Shown here: piece by piece, positions 57,301 to 64,000 of the stretch
Layout: every line of letters begins with the position of its first letter
How positions within the stretch are numbered: position 1 is the stretch's first letter
From: Lewinellaceae bacterium
GTDB taxonomy: Bacteria; Bacteroidota; Bacteroidia; Chitinophagales; Saprospiraceae
Direction: 5' to 3'
Assembly (NCBI GenBank): GCA_020636195.1
Contig: JACJYH010000005.1
Location: 13,435-77,434 of the forward strand
Length of the DNA: 64,000 bases
Notes under the pieces: generated by a model
Seen by the model: only the letters and a program-made list of their open reading frames with translations
Told to the model about the DNA's origin: nothing
Databases searched by the model: none
Program-made: the position numbers and the translations under genes

Positions 57301-58137
57301 ATGATAAGGAATTATAATTTTTCAACATATGACCCAGATAACTTTTCTAGTTATTCATTGTTTAAACCAGACAGTATTTTGAAGGTGTATAGAATCGTGT
57401 CTGTATTATTTCTCTATCTATTTTTAGACGTTTTAACGCCTTTTAATACTTCTATTCTATCTGCGCAAACCACCCCAACCTCGTTTATATCTGGCAAGTT
57501 TGATCCGGCAATCCATCCAGACTTTGTTGAAATAATAAAACCACACGCTGAAAAGGTAGGTATGTATCTACAAAAGGATGCCTACCAAGCATTTATAGAA
57601 ATGTATAAAGAAGCCAAAAAGTCCGGCGTCAATTTGAAAATTATCTCAGCCACCCGTACATTTGAAGATCAAAAAAGGATTTGGGAGAACAAATGGAATG
57701 GGAAGGTGAACTTGTCCAATGGTAAAAAGGCAGATCAGGCTTATCCGAATCCAAAGGAGAGGGCACAAAAAATTTTGGAATATTCATCCATGCCGGGCAC
57801 TTCAAGGCATCATTGGGGCACGGATATAGACCTTAATGCGCTAAACAATACGTGGTTTGAATCCGGTGAAGGAGCAAAATTATACCAGTGGATGCTGATA
57901 AATGCAAGCAAATTTGGATTTTGCCGACCTTATACTTCCAAGGATTCTGTGCGACCGCATGGGTATAATGAAGAAAAATGGCATTGGTCATATATGCCCA
58001 TTGCAGGGAAGATTACTTCTGAAATAAAATTGAATTTTTCTGAATCAGATATTGCTGATTTTGATGGATGTGAGCAGGCCATTCCATTGCAGATTGTTGA
58101 TCATTATATGCTAGGCATAAATCAATCTTGCTTCTGA
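57301..58137 (+). CDS. M15 family D-Ala-D-Ala carboxypeptidase (VanY-like)
   Basis: SATRTFEDQ and SRHHWGTDIDL zinc-ligand motifs. Confidence 0.8.
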   Translation: MIRNYNFSTYDPDNFSSYSLFKPDSILKVYRIVSVLFLYLFLDVLTPFNTSILSAQTTPTSFISGKFDPAIHPDFVEIIKPHAEKVGMYLQKDAYQAFIEMYKEAKKSGVNLKIISATRTFEDQKRIWENKWNGKVNLSNGKKADQAYPNPKERAQKILEYSSMPGTSRHHWGTDIDLNALNNTWFESGEGAKLYQWMLINASKFGFCRPYTSKDSVRPHGYNEEKWHWSYMPIAGKITSEIKLNFSESDIADFDGCEQAIPLQIVDHYMLGINQSCF

Positions 58138-58141
58138 TTAT

Positions 58142-59491
58142 ATGGAGAATTCGTCCTCTTCGCTGAAAGTAAAAACTTCTATAAGGGCTATACTGGCGTT
58201 GGCGGTTCCCATCAGCATATCAAAACTAATTCCCGAAGTCAACTATCTGATCAATGCTTCTTTCGTTGGACATTTGGGTACAGTAGAGCTGGCAGTTGTG
58301 GGCATTGTTGGCGTATATTATCTCATATTTGCAGCGATTGGTTACGGGTTGAATAGTGCTCTATTATCTATAATGTCACGGAAAGCAGGTGAGGAAAACA
58401 AGGAAGAGATGGCTTCTATGTTGGCGCATGGTATGGTGATAGCGATTATCTTGGCTTTGATTGCTATTAGTATAACTTGGCTTTGGTTTGGGCCTCTTTT
58501 GCAAGTCTTACATTTGGATAATCAGGTGATTGCTCTTGCTACATCATTTATAAATGTTAGAATCATAGGTCTAATATTTTTGTTTGCACTCAATGCACAA
58601 ATATCCTACGTCATCAGCCTCCAAAGGACAAGGTTCCTAGTATGGATTGCATTCATAGAATCTGCTGTCAATGTGTTTTTGGATTATGGTCTGATATTTG
58701 GTCATTTTGGACTTCCTGAGTTGGGATTTGTCGGAGCTGCCTATGCTTCTGTTGCAGCCGAAGTGATAGGTTTACTTGCGGTATGGATCATTTTGAGCCA
58801 ATTTATTGGTGAAAAAATTTCATTTCGCTATTTATCTTTGAATAATCTAAAATTAGTTTTTAGCCAAGGCTTTCCATTGATGAGTCAATATGCAATCAGT
58901 ACAGGTTCATGGTGGGTATTTTTCTTATTGATTAGTCGGCAGTACACCGTTTCAGAACAAGCCATATCCCAAGTGATGCGCAATTTTTTCGGACTTAGCG
59001 GTATATTTACTTGGTCTTTTGGTTCTGTCACAAATACCATTATTAGTAATCTCATAGGTCAAGGTAAGAGCGAATTAATTTTTACTATATTGAAAAAGAT
59101 ACAGACAATTTCCCTAGTAGGAGTTTGTATTTATATCATAGGTATAAATTTTTTTTCAGAGGAATTCTTGTCTATTTTCGGGCAGGACGCTATCTTTATG
59201 GACGAGGCTAAATTACTTTTAGGCGTCGTTTCGATGGCTATTATCATCCAGACATTTGGCGTCATATGGCTCAATGGTGTAGTCGCTACAGGAATGACAA
59301 AGGTGGTATTTTGGATAGAGTTTGTAGGTATTTTTATGTATATGTTATATATTTTTATTGTGATTGATCGGTTGGCACTGCCTTTTCCACTGGCATGGAT
59401 GAGCGAATGGCTTTATTGGACGGTGATGATGGCGATGAGTATATGGTATCTTCGGCGTGGGGATTGGCAGAAGGGCTTGAAAATTTACTAA
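58142..59491 (+). CDS. MATE family efflux transporter
   Basis: About 12 TM helices, with length and N-terminal pattern typical of MATE pumps. Confidence 0.75.
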   Translation: MENSSSSLKVKTSIRAILALAVPISISKLIPEVNYLINASFVGHLGTVELAVVGIVGVYYLIFAAIGYGLNSALLSIMSRKAGEENKEEMASMLAHGMVIAIILALIAISITWLWFGPLLQVLHLDNQVIALATSFINVRIIGLIFLFALNAQISYVISLQRTRFLVWIAFIESAVNVFLDYGLIFGHFGLPELGFVGAAYASVAAEVIGLLAVWIILSQFIGEKISFRYLSLNNLKLVFSQGFPLMSQYAISTGSWWVFFLLISRQYTVSEQAISQVMRNFFGLSGIFTWSFGSVTNTIISNLIGQGKSELIFTILKKIQTISLVGVCIYIIGINFFSEEFLSIFGQDAIFMDEAKLLLGVVSMAIIIQTFGVIWLNGVVATGMTKVVFWIEFVGIFMYMLYIFIVIDRLALPFPLAWMSEWLYWTVMMAMSIWYLRRGDWQKGLKIY

Positions 59492-59566
59492 AAAAGATAG
59501 GATATTTTGTAAAATTACTTTTACCTTTGTGTCCGCAATTTTTGAAAACTTATTCACAGATTGTTC

Positions 59567-59640
59567 GGGCCTATAGCTCAGTTGGTTAGAGCATCTGACT
59601 CATAATCAGGTGGTCCCAGGTTCAAGTCCTGGTGGGCCCA
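59567..59640 (+). tRNA. elongator-type tRNA with CAT anticodon, more likely tRNA-Ile2 (lysidine) than tRNA-Met
   Basis: Cloverleaf folded by hand: acceptor GGGCCTA/TGGGCCC, D arm GCTC..GAGC, anticodon loop CTCATAA, T arm CCAGG-TTCAAGT-CCTGG. C4:G69 and C5:G68 match the pairs reported as TilS determinants in E. coli tRNA-Ile2. It lacks initiator features. No encoded CCA. Confidence 0.93.
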
Positions 59641-59650
59641 CTGATAATCA

Positions 59651-59683
59651 AGCAGTTATGATTTATTTCATAGCTGCTTTTTT
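59651..59683 (+). terminator. intrinsic terminator after the tRNA
   Basis: AGCAGTTATGA-tttatt-TCATAGCTGCT (10 of 11 paired), then TTTTT. Confidence 0.7.
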
Positions 59684-59689
59684 ATTTTG

Positions 59690-60424
59690 CACAACATTTT
59701 GCACAACATTTTGTGTGTTTCCATTATCCAATTTCTATCATCCTGCGGCACACTTCCTTCCTTCATTACGTTTGCTACATTTCACGCTGTTCCCATTACG
59801 CTGCACTTCATTCACTCATTCACTCAGAGAGCCTCGGTGGCTGAGCGCAATGCAATAGAGTCGAAGTCCCCACAGCATACTTGTGCCGCCTTAGCGGTAA
59901 GTATCATTGCCTCTCCTTTACTCTTGCAAGGTCTGCTGTAGGGGAATGTCAGCTTAACTTCATACCATCCATTGCCATTCCACCTACTACAGTCCTGGCA
60001 TACCATCCCAAAGAGCCATGATACCCATGCTTTAATGCTTTACTTCTTTTAGTCCCGTTTCCAAAAAAATGTAGTCAAAAATATATCACGGATCATGTCG
60101 CAAAGGTACAGGGATGTCTCTGACACAAGAAGTACCGCTACGCTATATGTCACATATCTCCACACTTGCAGGTAGTATATGATGCCATATTCCTTCTTTT
60201 AGTCAGATCCACCCTGTGGTAAAGGCATCATGATACGAGATATATTTAAGGTGCAGTTCTTCGGCTGGTGGCTAGTATATGCACAAGTGACCTCTACTTC
60301 AGTGAGATTACAGTTTGGTAGGTTACCTTATGATTTGGTTACCATTCAGGGTTTTGGTTATAGATTCCATATCAGCCAGTTACCCTTTTAGTTTTTCATA
60401 GCTCCCTTATTGGGGGCTTTTTTT
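59690..60424 (+). ncRNA. candidate large structured non-coding element B (identity unknown)
   Basis: About 730 nt with no credible ORF in a gene-dense genome. Pyrimidine-skewed: I counted 72 percent pyrimidine and 42 percent GC on line 59761-59820. It has internal hairpins (for example 60176-60235) and ends in the terminator-like AGCTCCC-ttatt-GGGGGCT plus a T-run (60400-60424). Confidence 0.35.
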
Positions 60425-60520
60425 ATATCCGTGTGAATTGCTATAATAAACTTTAAAATAAATAGATTGTTAGATTATCAATTTTACATTATATTTTATT
60501 GTTTTAATTTCAACTCAATT

Positions 60521-61666
60521 ATGAAATACATACTCTTTTTATTTTTAATTGTAGGGTTTTTTCCAAATCTGTTTGCTCAAGCTGAATATGATAGTTTAAC
60601 AATTAGCCAATGGCAAAATATTTTTAAGGAATCTGAATCATCGGAGATATTGGAAGGTATTTTTAATTGCGAAACTCAATTTGAAAGTAACATCGGTGGA
60701 CAAGTAAAGAGAAAATCATCTGCTCGAGTTGTTTTAAAGAAAATTAAAAATAAAATATATATCTATGCGAATCATGAAGTTAACAATTCACATTGGGATT
60801 CGTATGTAAAACTAACTTATTTTAAAGGACATTATATAGTAAATAACGGCAATAATAATTATTCATATATCGTTGAAGATGTGGATAATGATCATCTTAC
60901 TGAAACTTTTTTTAAAACTTCTGAAATTTCATTTTCAAATCTTGATATTAAGATTGATTACGGTTTTATTGCCAAAATTGATTATGGAAATGAAATAAAA
61001 AACGCTAAATTAAGTACTTCTGGATACAAAGTAAATGCTCCGAAATTTGACCCGATAATTTCTTTGTCAACATTAGTCTCCCAAGGCTCAGGTTTTTTTA
61101 TCAATAATTTTGGTTATGTGATCACTAATAAACATGTTGTTGAAAAAGGAGAATATTTTAAAATAGTGTACAATGATATAATATACAAAGCCGAACTAAT
61201 AACAAGTGGATCTCTTGATGTATGTGTTTTGAAAATCACTGAATCTATTCCAAATATAAGTTACCTAAGTTTAGGTAATTCAGATAATATACAACTTGGT
61301 CAAAAACTATATGTTTTTGGGTATCCTTACGAAAGTACATTAGGATCTTCGATTAAAGTAACAGATGGAATTTTAAGCTCAAAACTTGGATTTCAGGACA
61401 ATTCAAATTATTTCCAAATGTCAGCACCAGTAAATCCTGGGAATAGTGGCGGACCAATTTTTAATGAAAAAGGTGATCTAATTGGAGTGGCTACCAGTAA
61501 GTTAATAAAAGGTGAAAATATATCATTTGGCTTAAAGATTAATAAAGTCAAGACATTCTTGGACGAAAATGGTATCAAATATTTTAACAATTCGCAAAAC
61601 AAAACCAGTAATTTTTTTGAAACGGGTGAAAAATCATGTGTAATAATAAAGTGCTATAAGATTTAA
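60521..61666 (+). CDS. secreted trypsin-like (S1C/DegP-type, no PDZ) serine protease with a roughly 190-aa N-terminal domain of unknown function
   Basis: Signal peptide MKYILFLFLIVGFFPNLFAQ. Catalytic His in GSGFFINNFGYVITNKHVV, Asp in LDVCVLKI, Ser in GNSGGPIF. Confidence 0.85.
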   Translation: MKYILFLFLIVGFFPNLFAQAEYDSLTISQWQNIFKESESSEILEGIFNCETQFESNIGGQVKRKSSARVVLKKIKNKIYIYANHEVNNSHWDSYVKLTYFKGHYIVNNGNNNYSYIVEDVDNDHLTETFFKTSEISFSNLDIKIDYGFIAKIDYGNEIKNAKLSTSGYKVNAPKFDPIISLSTLVSQGSGFFINNFGYVITNKHVVEKGEYFKIVYNDIIYKAELITSGSLDVCVLKITESIPNISYLSLGNSDNIQLGQKLYVFGYPYESTLGSSIKVTDGILSSKLGFQDNSNYFQMSAPVNPGNSGGPIFNEKGDLIGVATSKLIKGENISFGLKINKVKTFLDENGIKYFNNSQNKTSNFFETGEKSCVIIKCYKI

Positions 61667-61677
61667 TATTTACTAAA

Positions 61678-61748
61678 CTGTGTCCCACAGGTACTTTCTT
61701 AGTTGTCGCTCTGCTTGTTCATTGTAATTCATTTCTTAATTCAGAGCT
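61678..61748 (+). repeat. truncated copy (D) of the 5' block of element C
   Basis: The exact 27-mer CTTAGTTGTCGCTCTGCTTGTTCATTG at 61698-61724 equals 63215-63241. Flanking similarity extends to about 70 nt (...CAGAGCT). Confidence 0.8.
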
Positions 61749-61787
61749 ATATCTATATTAATTGCAGCTTGAAAGCATCAAATAAGG

Positions 61788-62132
61788 TCATTTGGGATGA
61801 TGTTGAAAACAATAACTGTTGGCAATTTTTGTAGTATTTTTACAGCGTTTCCCCTTTTTTGTCTTTCCCAAACATCTATGCTTGATTTTACTTTCTCCTT
61901 TTTCTTTATAACCTTTCTTTTGTTTTCCATTATGTGCTTGTGGTTTGCATATTTTACATGGTGCTAATCCCATTTTTTTAGCTTTATCTAATGATATTTT
62001 TGCAGATGTATTCTCTACCAGTTTACATGTTGATAAATGATATTTTTCTCCGTATGGTGTCTTATAAAATGATTGTGTATAAATCAATAATGGTACACTA
62101 GTTAAGATAAATAATAGACAATACCGTTTCAT
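61788..62132 (-). CDS. small secreted basic Cys-rich protein (two zinc-ribbon-like motifs)
   Basis: Signal peptide, then EKYHLSTCKLV....ISLDKAKKMGLAPCKICKP (the YH..C ... PC..C motif seen in nuclease/ComEC-associated metal-binding modules) and HRCLGKTKKGKRCKN....SYCFQH. Confidence 0.6.
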   Translation of the reverse strand: MKRYCLLFILTSVPLLIYTQSFYKTPYGEKYHLSTCKLVENTSAKISLDKAKKMGLAPCKICKPQAHNGKQKKGYKEKGESKIKHRCLGKTKKGKRCKNTTKIANSYCFQHHPK

Positions 62133-62135
62133 GTA

Positions 62136-63083
62136 TTAATTATTGCAGAATTCTACAATATAATCGTATGCTTTTTTACTGCCTAATTCACCTGCTTTAC
62201 TAAGATCAACACATCCGCCCTCTTTATCCCTTAAGACAATCTTTATTAACCCTCTCTCAAAATATCCTTCAGGATTTTTAGCGTCTAATTTTATTGCTGT
62301 ATTACAATCAAGGATTGCTTCATCAAATTTTTTTAACATATAATTTATTTGTGATCTTATTATGTAAGCATCAAACTCATTAGGCAAATATTTTATTCCT
62401 ATGTTTAAATCAGATAAAGCACCATAATAGTCCTTTAATCTAAATTTAAGCTGCCCTCTCGTGATATATATAGACATATCCTCCCCAGAAACTTCTGGTG
62501 AATATTCAATAGCTTTAGTATAATAATATATAGCCTCCTTGTAGTCATTCAATTTAGTTTTCTCACCAGCAATTAAAACATATGAATCGTATACAAATTC
62601 TTTACCTAATTCGGTAATTTTTATTAAATCATTTATAGAACCTATTGTATCCTCATTTTCTTTTTTTATAGCTGATCTGAGATAATAAAACTCAGAGTTT
62701 GTGTTATCTAAATCTATCGCTTTTGATATATCCTTTAGGGCAGCATCGAATTTCTTTTCAAAATAATTACATCTAGCCCTTTCAACATAACCATAAGGAT
62801 TGTTTGGATCTATTGATATAGCCTTATTTAAATCATATCTCGCCCCTAAATAATCATGTTCAATTAATTTACACTTTCCCCTGCTCATATATAAATGATA
62901 ATTTGTGGCATCTATATCAATTCCTTTAGTAAATTCTTGTATTGCCTTTTTAAAATCTTTTGATTCATAATATTTCCATCCATTTCTCAAATATTCGTTA
63001 ACTACCTGTGAGTGTCCACTTAGACAATAGTAACTTAAAACGATCATCATTAAAATTTTACTTATCCACTTTTCTAATCTCAT
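62136..63083 (-). CDS. TPR repeat protein, exported
   Basis: Signal-like N-terminus and about 7 consecutive 34-aa TPR units (A...F..AI..DP.N...Y..RG). Confidence 0.8.
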   Translation of the reverse strand: MRLEKWISKILMMIVLSYYCLSGHSQVVNEYLRNGWKYYESKDFKKAIQEFTKGIDIDATNYHLYMSRGKCKLIEHDYLGARYDLNKAISIDPNNPYGYVERARCNYFEKKFDAALKDISKAIDLDNTNSEFYYLRSAIKKENEDTIGSINDLIKITELGKEFVYDSYVLIAGEKTKLNDYKEAIYYYTKAIEYSPEVSGEDMSIYITRGQLKFRLKDYYGALSDLNIGIKYLPNEFDAYIIRSQINYMLKKFDEAILDCNTAIKLDAKNPEGYFERGLIKIVLRDKEGGCVDLSKAGELGSKKAYDYIVEFCNN

Positions 63084-63189
63084 ATTTATATTTTTTATAC
63101 GTTCTTTTTTGATTCGATACTTCTAACATCTAATTTAATATTTTCGTTCATTAATTAAGTGTACATCATGTCATTGAATGGACTTATTT

Positions 63190-63735
63190 ATATTCGGTGT
63201 GCCAAAGGCACTTCCTTAGTTGTCGCTCTGCTTGTTCATTGCATTTCACAGCCCAGAGCTTTCACAGGTAAAGCGGCGAGCATTCTATGGTATGGTTTTC
63301 GTATCGTATATTGCGCCATACCTGCCAGAGACCCTTCACTCATAAACGTTGCACTGTTCGTTTCAGGTACTCTGTCACTCTTCCAGAGCGGGGTATGTCA
63401 CATACAACGATCACGGCACACCATCACGATGCTCTTTCACTGCTTCCTGTATCTGTGTATCCTGCTCAGGTAGTGCATCCTGTCCTATGCTCCACAAGTT
63501 ACGCAAGATACAGGCACACTGCGTTTGCACATCCTGTTTGTATCCACATCTACCGCAGTTCATTTTATTTGTTTTGTGGCAGCCATGTGGGTACATCTGC
63601 TGGCATAGCCGCTTGAAGCCTATCCACCCGTAGCCTAACTATTAGTCTCCAGACTACTCCTATGCTCAGCAGATGTACCGCTGCCACTGTGAATTCTTGC
63701 TTTATAGTTTGGCTACCTCTGGTAGCCTGTTTTCT
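63190..63735 (+). ncRNA. candidate large structured non-coding element C (identity unknown)
   Basis: ORF-free. All three + frames are simultaneously open across 63349-63473 (three overlapping track ORFs), which indicates stop-codon depletion from pyrimidine skew. I counted 62-67 percent pyrimidine and about 50 percent GC on two 60-nt lines. It has a 5' hairpin GTGCC-aaa-GGCAC, a long hairpin at 63576-63687, and a 3' GGCTACC-tct-GGTAGCC followed by tgTTTTct. Confidence 0.35.
63576..63687. other. 27-bp interrupted hairpin
   Basis: GTGGCAGC (63576-83) pairs with GCTGCCAC (63680-87). GGTACATCTGCTG (63590-602) pairs with CAGCAGATGTACC (63667-79). GCATAG (63603-08) pairs with CTATGC (63660-65). 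All three pairings are perfect, with one bulged T and a 6-nt asymmetric internal loop. Confidence 0.85.
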
Positions 63736-64000
63736 AAGGCATAGTCATAGCTCAAGGCTGTTTTACCTGTTTTTTATTCATTCTTTTTGTTAAAGCACCC
63801 TTCAAACCAAAAAACCTCATATATTTGTACTCGATAAGCAAACATCTATTACCAATTACAAACGTATCACAATCGTTTTAGAACGGCTATAGAATAAATA
63901 TTACTTATTTTTAATAATAGCTGAAATTTTAAAACGATACCAAAATGATTAGACATACATTACAAAAAACAAAAATGTCAACTTTTGCAATTGTTGGAGA

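Noticed and set aside
59711-59716. GTGTG at the start of elements B and C, as a possible group II intron 5' end
   Set aside because: I could not find a domain V-like 34-nt hairpin with the AGC triad and a GNRA loop, nor an intron-encoded protein. The pyrimidine-rich composition is atypical.
59610-59941. Track ORFs 59610-59858 and 59687-59941 (and minus ORF 59824-60006) in element B
   Set aside because: They overlap each other in different frames and one overlaps the tRNA gene. Their products are low-complexity. The open frames are explained by pyrimidine skew.
63159-63633. Three overlapping + strand ORFs (104, 109 and 94 aa) and minus ORF 63411-63596 in element C
   Set aside because: Simultaneous openness of all three frames indicates compositional stop depletion. 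None has a motif, start context or plausible sequence.
63682-63688. GCCACTG, the B12-box core of cobalamin riboswitches
   Set aside because: It is part of the 3' arm of the long hairpin, pairing with GTGGCAGC. No other cobalamin-riboswitch conserved elements are nearby.
63945-64000. Possible start of a + strand gene (MIRHTLQKTKMSTFAIVGE...) at the right edge
   Set aside because: Only 18 codons are visible, which is too short to support a call. It may mark the resumption of core genes after the island.

Overview
This window looks like a Bacteroidota chromosomal segment. Supporting signals are T9SS type A and type B C-terminal sorting domains, a PorP/SprF gene, a PorV/PorQ-like barrel, DUF4271-hemD synteny and TAnnTTTG -7 boxes. 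About 50 kb (9-59.5 kb) is ordinary housekeeping and envelope content: beta-oxidation enzymes, DPP-IV, hemD, ClpS/Aat, YgiQ, a UvrD-like helicase, GreA, HIT, a LolD-like ATPase, FolB, CysQ, HflX and a MATE pump. Three patches look accessory. (i) 1-3.1 kb resembles the tail of an integrated mobile element. It holds a secreted thermonuclease, a 62-aa Xis-like HTH, a small plasmid/ICE-type protein behind a nested-hairpin leader, and a Panacea (DUF4065) antitoxin-like gene followed by a split candidate toxin. (ii) 5.2-9.0 kb is an AT-rich two-gene module of two different P-loop NTPases. The second carries an array of near-identical 32-aa helical repeats. The module sits behind three evenly spaced operator-like palindromes that overlap its promoter. 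This is my best protein-level candidate for an undescribed conflict or defence system. (iii) 59.6-63.9 kb is an integrase-less island next to a tRNA(CAT). Very AT-rich cargo (S1 protease, small Cys-rich secreted protein, TPR protein) is interleaved with two long (about 550-730 nt) ORF-free, GC-richer, pyrimidine-skewed, hairpin-rich elements plus a truncated third copy. These elements share short words, placed inside long hairpins, with the leader in patch (i). They could be a family of large structured RNAs or ssDNA-active sites. Other observations are a palindromic repeat found upstream of both beta-oxidation genes, a three-gene outer-membrane module (giant plug-barrel, 1371-aa CTD-tailed protein, PorV/PorQ-like barrel), and a T9SS cargo gene whose signal peptide is cut off from its body. 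I saw no CRISPR array, rRNA or transposase. All functional calls rest on motif recognition by eye, because no database search could be run.
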